The position numbers and the translations under genes are program-made. Below are positions 39,701-47,797 of a DNA stretch of 64,000 nt, piece by piece; the first letter of the stretch is position 1, and each line of letters begins with the position of its first letter. Source of the stretch: Clostridia bacterium (GTDB taxonomy: Bacteria; Bacillota; Clostridia; RGIG6154). The notes beneath the pieces were generated by a model. That model was given only the letters and a program-made list of their open reading frames with translations, searched no databases and was not told where the DNA came from. The DNA lies in NCBI GenBank assembly GCA_045660065.1, contig JAZRDC010000030.1, forward strand, positions 35-64,034, in the 5' to 3' direction.

Positions 39701-42700
39701 TAACATTTCTACATCAGATGAGGCAACAATTTATGTTAAATGGGATCAGTTCTTTACTGTAATATTTAATGAACGTGGTAATTTAAGACATACAAGTAAG
39801 GTATATCCAAAAGTTTCAGATACAGTTCCGCAGGCAGATATCGATTATGCTTACGGCGAACTTATTAACCCTTATGTTTTAGGATATCGTAAGGATGCGT
39901 CAGTTTCATCTATTTACGCAGAAAATCCGTATGAACACAAACTCTACGGTAACTGGTATTATTACGAAGATGGTAAGTATATCTTATTTACCGATGAAAC
40001 TGTTGTTAATAAAGATTTGACAGTAAGATATATGTTCAGAAAAGCAGGTCTGGAACTTAATATCGAAAAAATCAGTCAAATAATCGAGCCTATATTTGAA
40101 GTAACCTTTGAAGAAGACACAAGAATTCTTGACACATTAAAGGATGCTGCATTCTTGTTTGAAGAAAAACTTCTTGCGGCATATGGTGCGCTTGATGCAG
40201 GTGAAAAATTCAACAAGGTTAATGATAAACTTGTAGATTTGCTTACAGACAAGGGAATTGCCGTTGTTCCTGGCAGAATTTTTGCAGATGACGGTGAAAT
40301 CCTGAAACAGCATGTTGCATTCAACGCATTTTCATATCTTGAAGAAGAACAACTCAAGAAATCACTTGTTGAAGTTGTTAAAAAGACTTTGAAGGACGAT
40401 CCTTCAAAACTCATCGATATTATCGACGGAATGCTTAAAGAAAAAGACGAAAATGTTATCCAGATGATGGATGATATGCTTGTTTCAATGCTTTCAGGTT
40501 CTGATTCACAGAGAATTAAGGATATTATTGCTGAATCTGTTGAAAAAGCTGTTGCAAACGATACAACAGGCGAATTTAAAGAACAGATTAAAGGTATAAT
40601 TATCGCACAACTTGATGCAGGTAACACAACTGTTGAATCAAGTGTTAAAGATGCCGTAACCGATTACTTTATGAATAAGGGTAACGACGAAGCAATCAGA
40701 AAAATCGTTGGCGACCTTATTAATCAGGCATTTGCAACACAAGATGAAAACGATCCTATCAGAAAATTCATCAAAACTTATATTACTGACTACTTAAATA
40801 CAGAAGCAGGAAGCAAAGTTTTAGATGATATGATCAGAGATTTGGGCGAAAACCTCGATCCTGACAGTGATGAAGCAAAACCTGTTATCAAACTTATCCA
40901 CGATGTATTGGCAGGAAATATTCAATATCTTGAAGAAATTGTTGACGGTGTGATTGCAGACCTTAATCATCTTGAAGGTACAGAAATTTACAATGTTATT
41001 ACTGAAGCAATCACCGAAGAACTTATGAGCAACGAAGAAGAACTTAAGATGATGGTTGAAGCAATCGGTGATGTTGATGTTACTGACTTCTTAACAGAAT
41101 TTATGGCAGACGATTATGCATTTAAAACTATCGTTGAAACAGTAGTTGCAGAACAGACAGTATTTGAAAGCATAATCAGCACATCACTTAATAATGATGA
41201 AGTGTTTGAAACACTTATCACTCAACTCAGCGGTGATGCAACCTTCTTTAATATGATGGTTGATGTTGCAATTTCAAACAATGCACTTATCAACAGTGTT
41301 AAAGGAACTATCATCAATGATGATGAAGCCCTTGTTAAAGTTATCAAGAGTGCTGCACAAAACGATCAGATCAAGCAGGAAATTATTGATAAACTCTTGT
41401 CTGATACAACAAGCGGTGGCACAATTGAAGAAATTCTTAAAGGCGGTATCGCAGGTACATCATATTATGATGAAGCATTGGCTACTGCAAAAACCAAAGT
41501 TGCCGGTATGATTAAAAACATTCTCGCAGGCGGTATTGACGAAAACAGCGAATACTGGACATATGTAGAAACAAAAGTTCAGGAACAGATTGATGCAGAA
41601 GTTGCAAAAATCAAGGCTGATCTTGCAGATGGTATTGACGAAACCAGCGAATACTGGCCATATGTAGAACAGACAGTTAAAGAACAGGTAGAAGCAAAGA
41701 AAGCAGAAATCAAAGCTGACCTTGCAAACGGTATTGACGAATTCAGCATCTACTGGCCATATGTAGAACAGACAGTTGAAGACCAGATTGCTGCAAAAGA
41801 AGCAGAAATCAAGGCTGAACTTGCAAACGGTATTGACGAAAACAGCCAGTATTGGAATTACATTTATCCGAATGTAAAAGAAAAAGCAGATGCTGAAATC
41901 GAAAATGTACTTACAGCAGGTATCGATGAAACTGATACATACTGGAATGCAGTATATCAGGCGGTTTTGGAACAGGCACAGGATTATATCACTGCAGGTA
42001 TAATTGATGAAAATGATGTTAAAACTGCTCTTAACAACGGACTTAGTTCAGATCCTATGTTTGCAGATATGAGTGCTGAAATCATTGTTTCTGCAAAAGA
42101 AAAAGCAGATGAAGAAATCAAAGGAGTACTTCAGAACCCTATTGATGAAAACAGTGAATACTGGACATATGTAGAAACAAAGGTTCAGGAACAGATTGAC
42201 GAAAAAGAAGCAGAAATCAAAGGTGTTCTTGCTAATGGTATTGATGAAACCAATACAGAATACTGGCCGCTTATCGAACCAAAAATCAACGAAAAGGTTG
42301 AAGAAGTAAAAGCGGATATTAAAGCCGATCTTGCAAATGGTATCGAAGAAGGCAGCGATTACTGGAACGAAATTTATCCAAAAGCCGTAGAAGAAGCAGA
42401 AAAAGAAGTTGAAAAAGTTCTTACATATGGTATGGCAAAAGATCATCCATACTGGAATCAGATTTATGATGCCGTTAAGGAATATATTGAAGATTCTGTT
42501 GTAACTGACTTTGATTCACAACTTGATAATGCTATGGCAGACCCTGTGCTTAAAGAAAAGATTAAGCAGTGGGCATCAGATGAAATTGCTGACGAAACTT
42601 CATCAATCAGAGGCTTCCTTGCAAATTACATCAAAGGTCTTGGTGCTGCAAATGCAACCAAGGAAGAAAAAGCACTTAAAGACACAATTATTGCATCTGT

Positions 42701-44723
42701 TGTAAATTATGTAAAAGATGATAAGACAACAGACGCTGAAATCAATTCACTTATTACATCAATTACTGCTCAGTTAAACGCAAATGCTGATCTTAAAGCA
42801 TCTGTTGTTGACAAAACAATTGAAATTTTAAGCAAAAAAGATGAACAGACACAAAAAATCAAAGAAACTGTTATTTCTTCAGTTGTTGCAGAAATTTCAA
42901 AAGATAAAGATATCAAAGGCAGATTAATTGATAAACTTGTTGAAAAGATTACAGGCGAAAATGCAGATGCTACTTTGAAAAACAAAGTTATTGATGCTGC
43001 ACTCTACACAGTCGTTCACCATGAAGCGGCAAACAATAAAGCAATTGAACTTATTAATGACTTTATTGAAACTGATGAAGAATTCAAAGAAGAAATCATC
43101 GGTCACGTTGTAGATTATGTTCTTACAAATGATGAAGTAAGAAAAGAAGCCATGGAAAAAGTGGTTGCAATGATTGAAGATCCGAATGACACAAGTCATA
43201 AGCAGGAAGCAATTGACTTTGCGTTTGAATATCTTGGAACAAATGAAACAAAACGCAACGAAGTTGTTGAAAGTTTCCTTTCTAACATTTTAAATGACAA
43301 CGATCAGAGAAAAGATCTTGCAACTCAGGTTATTGACATTATGTTCGGCGACAAAACTTTGAGAAATCAGATTTTAGACATTGGCTTTGAACAGATGTTC
43401 TCAAATAAAGACACAATTAAAGAAATTGTGAAACTTGCTATTGATGAACTTATCAAAGATAACGATGTAAGACGCGAAATGATTCTCGCAGTTATTGAAA
43501 CCGAAGACGGCAGAAAGAGCATTCTTGATATTCTTCGTGAAGAAATCGCAAGAGACGATACTTTCCTTGATAAGATTGTAGATCTTGCACTTGAAAGTCA
43601 GTATGGCGATATCGTTGACTTGTTCGTATACGATCTTGTAAACAACGGTAAAATCCAGATCAATCCTGACAACCGTCAGATTGTTGAAGAAATTGTTCTT
43701 CCAATGCTTGATGAAATCACACTTGATACTGTAATGAGCAAACTCCCTGCAAAGGTTACAGATGTGTTGCCACAGGGTAAGATTGAAGAAATCTTTAATA
43801 AGTTTAAATCAGAAGTAACAGGTCAGATTACAGAAGGTATTGAAGAAGCAAAACAAGGCAACTCAAAAGATATCAAAGTTATGATTGATAACGATTTTGA
43901 TATCGTAAATACCATTTTAATACCTGCTTACAACAAGGTATTCCCAAGAGTTACTGACAAAGCAGAAGATTTCTACTATTATGGTGAAAATCAGTATATC
44001 AGAGCAATTGTTGATATGCTTGATCCTGAAGTTATCTTCGATCACTCACAGCCTGCATCTGAAATGGGCACAGGCTACAGAGTAAGAGATTCAAGATACT
44101 ATTATGAAATGATCAGAAACACATTGGTTCTTGCAGATGATGCAGGTCAGTGGTATCTTGATAACATTTCAGATGAACAGATTGATAAAGTTATTGCTAA
44201 GTTTATGGACGCTTATACAAAGGTTATCACAAAAGTGAACAGCCTTGCAGGCGGAAGAATTCCTGAAGATAAACTTGCTACAATTATCAGTTATGTTGAA
44301 AAGGCTATCGATAAGAGACAGTCTGCTTATGATGTTGCAACTCACAAAGCCGTTGAAGGTGCTGAAAAAGTTGCAAACAAAGTTATAGCATTTGTTGAAG
44401 AAAAAATCGGAACAGCCCTTTCAGAAGACACTATTGTAGAGATTGTAATTAATGGCAGCGGACTTACATTAAATGACAACAAAGAATTCAATATTGATGA
44501 CCACAAGATTGACATTAATGTTAAGGGTTACAGCTTCAAAGTGAATTCACAGTCTGTTACAGTGGCAGGAAAGACAGTTGATATCAGTAAATTTGTTAAG
44601 AAAATTGCAGATAAGTTTGGTGCAAATCCTGTAACAATCAGATTCTGCAAAAATGCTCCTTATGCGTATAGCGTAAGTGTTGGCAATAACAGCGTTAAGG
44701 TGTCAGCTTTCTACGAAGGTTAA
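33738..44723 (+). CDS. Giant (3661 aa) SLH-anchored cell-surface protein with ~10 tandem Ig-like+Listeria/Bacteroides-repeat modules and a long acidic helical repeat C-terminal half
   Basis: Single uninterrupted ORF. It has a signal peptide, SLH motifs, a G11 linker, repeated ...NFTVxHYxxN...YYTRNTYTITYNYGEAGG...YFAGWFDAPVGGNQ...TIYAQWS modules, then ~10 copies of GIDExSEYWxYVExxVxEQ. Confidence 0.85.
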   Translation: MRKCIRALISLVLALVMITPVALPVAADSSYGFIDFPTGWSAPAMAHAVANGIIYGKTENTIAPGDNLTRAEMGTIINRAFGATIGKDISAFSDVSASAWYYEEIKKSYNMQTMYGDEGGTMRPDAPIIREEAIAIVARAMVLSGYSASELNKFNDKAEVAGWAVDPVASMVANGYVNGDDKSNLNPKAYITREEFAQLIYNIIKHYYNKDAKSESYQGNLMLNKPDISLENITVNGDLILGDGVGTSKITLTNIDIKGRLLVRGAAQITLKNVTTAKGVVVKNVNGTVHFDNYRDEKVFDGVVEHTTVTYKQRATGGGGGGGGGGGTPPAPTTAGYKVEHYQEALDGSFVIFETDVLSGTVNSSVTAVAKAYEGFAEDATNASRVPTGIVATDGTLVLKLYYTRNSYNIVYNLGEAGTDVVLSLKYGANVSLEAPTVTAPAGKYFAGWFDAPVGGNQIISLTVPANGTTIYAQWSTTPPAVVNFTVEHYKENVDGTYSSPAETETLSATVATVVKAQDYDKTYTDFDVDLTASVDVAVAADGSTVLKIYYTRKSYNIVYNFGEAGGSTTVSLKFEADVDLSTPAVTAPAGKYFAGWFDAPVGGNLITTLTVPSGGTTIYAQWSTTPTTIVNFTVKHHQQNILDDLYPANPFETETKSIAAGSTVKAQDYAKTYTGFTADLANSPDVTVAADGSTVLNIYYVRNTYTITYNYGEAGGEGSVTLKYGAAVDLSAPPVVAPSGKTFAGWFDAPVGGNQITDLTVPENGKTIYAQWSDISPVNFTVRHFQQNIEDDLYPSIAFEEETKSAIPGFVAKAQDYAKAYTDFTAVLANSPDVTVEANGSTILNIYYTRNTYTITYNYGEAGGEGSVTLKFGADVDLSAPAVTAPAGKYFAGWFDAPVGGTQIGSLTMPSGGATIYAQWSDIPPVNFTVRHFQQNIEDDLYPSIAFEEETKSAIPGATVSAARFDKSYAGFTADLINSPDVTVEANGSTILNIYYTRNTYTITYNYGEAGGEGSVTLKYGAAVDLSAPAVTAPADKTFAGWFDAPVGGNQVSSLTVPVNGKTIYAQWSDIPPVNFTVRHFQQNIEDDLYPSVAFEEETKSAIPGHTVRAIDFAKTYEGFATDLANSPDVTVEANGNTVLNIYYVRNTYTITYNYGEAGGEGSVTLKYGAAIDLSAPTVTAPAGKYFAGWYDAPVGGNQVSSLTVPVNGTTIYAQWSDNPTYMVYHYKADLDGNYPDNLLVISTIPAEYGAQITATPGNFEGFHENTTHPDRVTSGINDGTLVLKLFYDRNTYTVSFDAGQGTAVSDVEYKYEQPFGSVVSTREYYILDGWYKDLNDPASKVEDYHKAGREFTGGTLYAKWEIDRAAIGDVVFTASVTDEDLDNDEFSILVDLSNNLIGISEYGLTLNWDNTQVKPILVGGKVVTDLNGLGGNAITTSADSVTTEDGAAALSSVTVNWNSVAPVAGNANLFKVRFKITNTLADKDHETPSLNMFRMMRAANIDGLMDLPFTITSVSVSIISETGEVIPLDNSTKDTGLAPYKIEHYKENTEDTAYSLAYTEYGHDIVGKVVFISEGKAEYIAEGFIYEEGKSANKIVITESGAVIKLYYARPRFDVEFDYQGATRVEGPASVSLKLGATIKNHFPEENSFAKDDYNFGGWFTQPEGKGQNAGDGLVVPKGGIKLYANWVQTPYKVEHYQMALDGVNAKLVATDTGYAKAGTTVTATAKTYLGFDAPSVMPSEKVAADGSTVIKVYYTRKTYTINYNFDGGTAVGAYETTFKYGQSIPLAKAEKEEDDVEYQLIGWRANSETGPVVTNTSNIDHILRTLTDDVLNLYAWWVPVTASTSKYVVEHYKEELDGTYPEAATETTEVQSIQIPATLKVSELKKPYEGFTVDEAKSKDLPITEEGFFTLKIYYTRNEYTLNYDYCDADVSGVASNKFKYGQTITLPEEGTYSKEGFIPTGWYKTDVYIPSSLVDESTKIEEIVNISTSDEATIYVKWDQFFTVIFNERGNLRHTSKVYPKVSDTVPQADIDYAYGELINPYVLGYRKDASVSSIYAENPYEHKLYGNWYYYEDGKYILFTDETVVNKDLTVRYMFRKAGLELNIEKISQIIEPIFEVTFEEDTRILDTLKDAAFLFEEKLLAAYGALDAGEKFNKVNDKLVDLLTDKGIAVVPGRIFADDGEILKQHVAFNAFSYLEEEQLKKSLVEVVKKTLKDDPSKLIDIIDGMLKEKDENVIQMMDDMLVSMLSGSDSQRIKDIIAESVEKAVANDTTGEFKEQIKGIIIAQLDAGNTTVESSVKDAVTDYFMNKGNDEAIRKIVGDLINQAFATQDENDPIRKFIKTYITDYLNTEAGSKVLDDMIRDLGENLDPDSDEAKPVIKLIHDVLAGNIQYLEEIVDGVIADLNHLEGTEIYNVITEAITEELMSNEEELKMMVEAIGDVDVTDFLTEFMADDYAFKTIVETVVAEQTVFESIISTSLNNDEVFETLITQLSGDATFFNMMVDVAISNNALINSVKGTIINDDEALVKVIKSAAQNDQIKQEIIDKLLSDTTSGGTIEEILKGGIAGTSYYDEALATAKTKVAGMIKNILAGGIDENSEYWTYVETKVQEQIDAEVAKIKADLADGIDETSEYWPYVEQTVKEQVEAKKAEIKADLANGIDEFSIYWPYVEQTVEDQIAAKEAEIKAELANGIDENSQYWNYIYPNVKEKADAEIENVLTAGIDETDTYWNAVYQAVLEQAQDYITAGIIDENDVKTALNNGLSSDPMFADMSAEIIVSAKEKADEEIKGVLQNPIDENSEYWTYVETKVQEQIDEKEAEIKGVLANGIDETNTEYWPLIEPKINEKVEEVKADIKADLANGIEEGSDYWNEIYPKAVEEAEKEVEKVLTYGMAKDHPYWNQIYDAVKEYIEDSVVTDFDSQLDNAMADPVLKEKIKQWASDEIADETSSIRGFLANYIKGLGAANATKEEKALKDTIIASVVNYVKDDKTTDAEINSLITSITAQLNANADLKASVVDKTIEILSKKDEQTQKIKETVISSVVAEISKDKDIKGRLIDKLVEKITGENADATLKNKVIDAALYTVVHHEAANNKAIELINDFIETDEEFKEEIIGHVVDYVLTNDEVRKEAMEKVVAMIEDPNDTSHKQEAIDFAFEYLGTNETKRNEVVESFLSNILNDNDQRKDLATQVIDIMFGDKTLRNQILDIGFEQMFSNKDTIKEIVKLAIDELIKDNDVRREMILAVIETEDGRKSILDILREEIARDDTFLDKIVDLALESQYGDIVDLFVYDLVNNGKIQINPDNRQIVEEIVLPMLDEITLDTVMSKLPAKVTDVLPQGKIEEIFNKFKSEVTGQITEGIEEAKQGNSKDIKVMIDNDFDIVNTILIPAYNKVFPRVTDKAEDFYYYGENQYIRAIVDMLDPEVIFDHSQPASEMGTGYRVRDSRYYYEMIRNTLVLADDAGQWYLDNISDEQIDKVIAKFMDAYTKVITKVNSLAGGRIPEDKLATIISYVEKAIDKRQSAYDVATHKAVEGAEKVANKVIAFVEEKIGTALSEDTIVEIVINGSGLTLNDNKEFNIDDHKIDINVKGYSFKVNSQSVTVAGKTVDISKFVKKIADKFGANPVTIRFCKNAPYAYSVSVGNNSVKVSAFYEG
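34686..34718 (+). repeat. GGN simple repeat encoding an 11-Gly linker
   Basis: ggcggtggcggcggtggaggtggtggaggtgga. Confidence 0.9.
35160..37400 (+). repeat. In-frame tandem ~444-bp coding repeats inside the giant gene. The three central copies (about 36060-37390) are nearly identical.
   Basis: The segment cctgtaaactttactgtaagacacttccagcagaatat... recurs at ~36067, ~36517 and ~36958. Confidence 0.85.
41530..42490 (+). repeat. About 10 degenerate ~120-bp coding repeats (GIDExSEYWxYVE... 40-aa units)
   Basis: The segment ggtattgacgaaaacagcgaatactggacatatgtagaaacaaaagttcaggaacagattga recurs at 41540 and 42140, with diverged copies in between. Confidence 0.8.
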
Positions 44724-44732
44724 GCAACGTGG

Positions 44733-44768
44733 AGGGTAAACTTTATCGGTTTGCCCTCCGGTTTTTAC
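44733..44768 (+). terminator. Rho-independent terminator after the giant gene
   Basis: GGAGGGtaaactttatcggtttgCCCTCC followed by ggttttt. Confidence 0.6.
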
Positions 44769-44789
44769 AAAAAGGAAGGATGAAAGAAA

Positions 44790-46337
44790 ATGAAAAAGTT
44801 TTTATGCTTTGTACTGGCAGCGGGCTTATGCCTGGGATCGATGCCTGTATTTGCAGATATCGAAGGCACCGTGCAGGGCGATATAATGCTTACATCAGTT
44901 GAAGCCGAAGCAGAAGCAAAAGCACCTGCTTTTACTGATGTAGTGCCGGGTTCTGTTTTAGACGAAGCCGTTAATAAACTTGTTGAAAAAAAGATTTTAG
45001 CAGGTTATCCTGACGGTACATTCAGACCTGATGCAGGGCTTACCCGTGCAGAACTCAGCAAAATTATAAATTTAGTATTTAATCTTACTGAAAAAAGTTC
45101 AAGCGTACCATTTAAAGATGTAACAACAAACGAATGGTATTACGATTATGTATCAGTTGCAGTAAAAGCAGGATACATCAAAGGTTTTCAGGATAATACT
45201 TTCAGAGGGGACGATCCTGTTACAAGAGAACAGGTTTGTGCCATTATCAACAGAGTAACAAAAGAAAAAGGAATGGGTCTTTTTGACCTTCCGTTTACAG
45301 ACAATATTATGGACAAAGTGTCTGATTGGGCGGTAGAAGATGTTAAAAAGATAATTGCAAACTATGTTATGCCGTTGGAGGCTGACGGAAGATTCAGAGC
45401 GACAGAAAATATCACAAGAGCAGAACTTGTTCTGGCAGTTGAGAATTTTGTAATTGAACTCCCAAAATATACCGTAACTTTTGAAGTAAACGGCGGAGAT
45501 AAAATGGATGCCGTTCTTGTTGAACAGGGAAGCGCTTTAGTAAAGCCTGCAGATCCTGTTAAAAAGAACAACACTTTTAAAGGCTGGTTTACAGATAAGA
45601 ATTTGAAAAAAGAGTATGATTTTGCTACACTTGTAACAGGAGATATCACTCTTTATGCAAAATGGACACCAAATTCAACAGCATCTGTTGGTACAGGCGG
45701 TGGCGGAGGCGGCGGTTCATACACACCCTCAAACCCGACTCCATCAAACCCAACACCTGATACACCACCTGCAGTTGTAAACTACAAAATAACATTTAAT
45801 TCAAAAGATGGCAGTGAGGTTACAGAACAGTATGTTCCGTCAGGTGAATGTGCAGTTCAGCCTGAAGATCCTGTTAAAGAATTTTATATTTTTGCAGGCT
45901 GGTTTAAAGATTATGCTCTTACAGAAGAATATGATTTCTCTGCTCCTGTTACAAAGAATATGACTTTGTATGCTAAATGGGAAGAAGACCCTGTTGCAAT
46001 GACTGCTCAGCGTGTTGCAGACCTTAATGTTATCAAAGAAGTAATGGGCACTGCAGGATATGAAAATCCACTTTTCATTATGGTTATGGATATGACACTT
46101 GCAACTATCGACCTTGTTATTGCCGATGGTGAAGGCGGTGCACATATTTCACAAAGTTATGTAAGTGATAATTACGGCGACAGAATTTTAGAGGCAAAAG
46201 CAATCTATGATGCAGGTATGACAGAAGAAGAAAAAGATGAGTTTAAAGCATCTGTTATAGATATGATTGGCGAATGTCAGTTAAGAGGTATTAAAATGAC
46301 TCTTTCTGAGATTTATCAATATTTTGTAGGATTCTAA
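44790..46337 (+). CDS. SLH-domain surface protein with two Listeria/Bacteroides-repeat (Flg_new-like) domains
   Basis: SLH motifs (FTDVVPGSVLDEAVNKL..., FKDVTTNEWYYDYV...), a poly-Gly/Pro linker, and two domains of the form TFKGWFTDKNLKKEYDF...TLYAKW. Confidence 0.8.
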   Translation: MKKFLCFVLAAGLCLGSMPVFADIEGTVQGDIMLTSVEAEAEAKAPAFTDVVPGSVLDEAVNKLVEKKILAGYPDGTFRPDAGLTRAELSKIINLVFNLTEKSSSVPFKDVTTNEWYYDYVSVAVKAGYIKGFQDNTFRGDDPVTREQVCAIINRVTKEKGMGLFDLPFTDNIMDKVSDWAVEDVKKIIANYVMPLEADGRFRATENITRAELVLAVENFVIELPKYTVTFEVNGGDKMDAVLVEQGSALVKPADPVKKNNTFKGWFTDKNLKKEYDFATLVTGDITLYAKWTPNSTASVGTGGGGGGGSYTPSNPTPSNPTPDTPPAVVNYKITFNSKDGSEVTEQYVPSGECAVQPEDPVKEFYIFAGWFKDYALTEEYDFSAPVTKNMTLYAKWEEDPVAMTAQRVADLNVIKEVMGTAGYENPLFIMVMDMTLATIDLVIADGEGGAHISQSYVSDNYGDRILEAKAIYDAGMTEEEKDEFKASVIDMIGECQLRGIKMTLSEIYQYFVGF

Positions 46338-46483
46338 AAATAATACTTATTTTGCCGGGTGTCTTGTGGCATCCGGCAAAAGTGTGTTTTAAAGTAAAAG
46401 ATTGTAAATTTTTATTGACTTTATCGGATAAATATTATATAATAGTTGTACATGTGGACAAAGTTTTAAGGAGGAAAAAAAGC

Positions 46484-47785
46484 ATGGGTAAAAGTTTTGC
46501 AAAACTTTTGATTGCAGTGCTCTTGATTGCGATAATTATTTATGGCGCATTTTTTGACATTACAATCGGAAGTTGGAAGAAACCGGGTGTTTTCAGTGAT
46601 GAAAGCGGTGTTGGCTCGGTAATTAAAGGTTTGGATTTAACAGGTGGTTCAGTTCTTACATTTGAAGCACAGGCAGATTCTGTTTCACCGGAACAGATGG
46701 CAACCGTTATCAATATTATGAGAACACGTCTTGACAGCCTTGGATACACAGAGGCTACAGTTAGAAGTCAGGGCGATAAGAAATTTGTTGTTGAAATGCC
46801 AGCAATCACAAATCCTGATGATGCAGAAGCCCTTTTGGGTAAAACTGCACAACTCAAATTTGTAGATGCAGACGGAAACGAAGTTTTAAGCGGAACAGAT
46901 GTTAAAAAAGCTACAAAAATGTATGGACAGCTTTCACAGACATCAGCTTCTGAAAACTATGTTGAACTTCAACTTAACGAAGAAGGCGTTCCAAAGTTTG
47001 CAGCAGCAACAAAAGCTGCGGCTAACGCTCAGCCAGACGAAAATGGTAATGCTAAAAACTTCATCGCAATTATGCTTGATGATGAAGTAGTTTCAGCTCC
47101 TTCAGTAAGCCCTGAATATGCAGCAGAAGGTATCAATTCAGATACAGCAATCATTTCAGGCGGATTTACTGCTCAGGCTGCAGAAGAACTTGCAAGTATC
47201 ATCAACGCAGGTCAGTTGCCATTTAACTTAAAGACAGTTTCAAAATCATCAGTTGGTGCAACTCTTGGTGAAAGAGCATTGGAATCAAGTCTTTTTGGTG
47301 CTTTAATCGGTATCATCATTATCTTGATCTTTATGCTTATCGTATACAGAGCAATGGGCTTGGCTGCTGATATCGCACTTGCTTGCTACATCGGTATCTT
47401 AATGCTCATCATGGGTCTCTTCCAGGTTAACTTAACACTTCCTGGTATTGCAGGTCTTATCTTGTCAGTTGGTATGGCAGTTGATGCTAACGTTGTTATT
47501 TTCGAAAGAGTTAAAGAAGAACTTAAAAGCGGTAAAACAACTAAAGCTGCAGTTTCAGCAGGCTTTAAGAGAGCATTTGCCGCAATCGTTGACTCTAACG
47601 TTACAACACTCATCGCGGCTGTTGTATTGTATGTTGTAGGTGCAGGTCTTATCAAAGGCTTTGCAATCACATTGGGCTTGGGTATTATTGTAAGTATGTT
47701 CACAGCAATCTTTGTTACAAAATTCTTGCTTACTCAGATTGTTAACATCTTTGGCAAAAACCCAAAATTATACTGCGGAAGATAA
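46484..47785 (+). CDS. secD: Protein translocase subunit SecD
   Basis: Starts MGKSFAKLLIAVLLIAII with an AAGGAGGA RBS. The ORF-track start at 46352 was rejected. It has a periplasmic domain plus six C-terminal TM helices. Confidence 0.85.
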   Translation: MGKSFAKLLIAVLLIAIIIYGAFFDITIGSWKKPGVFSDESGVGSVIKGLDLTGGSVLTFEAQADSVSPEQMATVINIMRTRLDSLGYTEATVRSQGDKKFVVEMPAITNPDDAEALLGKTAQLKFVDADGNEVLSGTDVKKATKMYGQLSQTSASENYVELQLNEEGVPKFAAATKAAANAQPDENGNAKNFIAIMLDDEVVSAPSVSPEYAAEGINSDTAIISGGFTAQAAEELASIINAGQLPFNLKTVSKSSVGATLGERALESSLFGALIGIIIILIFMLIVYRAMGLAADIALACYIGILMLIMGLFQVNLTLPGIAGLILSVGMAVDANVVIFERVKEELKSGKTTKAAVSAGFKRAFAAIVDSNVTTLIAAVVLYVVGAGLIKGFAITLGLGIIVSMFTAIFVTKFLLTQIVNIFGKNPKLYCGR

Positions 47786-47797
47786 GGAGGCTGAAAA

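Noticed and set aside
37772-43199. Minus-strand and alternative-frame ORFs inside the giant gene (for example 37772..38155, 40076..40627, 42048..42446 and 42924..43199)
   Set aside because: They are embedded antisense in repetitive, low-complexity coding sequence whose sense frame is continuous for 11 kb. This is the typical shadow-ORF artefact.
46352-46483. ORF-track N-terminal extension of secD (start at 46352)
   Set aside because: The extension spans the upstream terminator and promoter (TTGACT-17-TATAAT). The Met at 46484 has a strong AAGGAGGA RBS.
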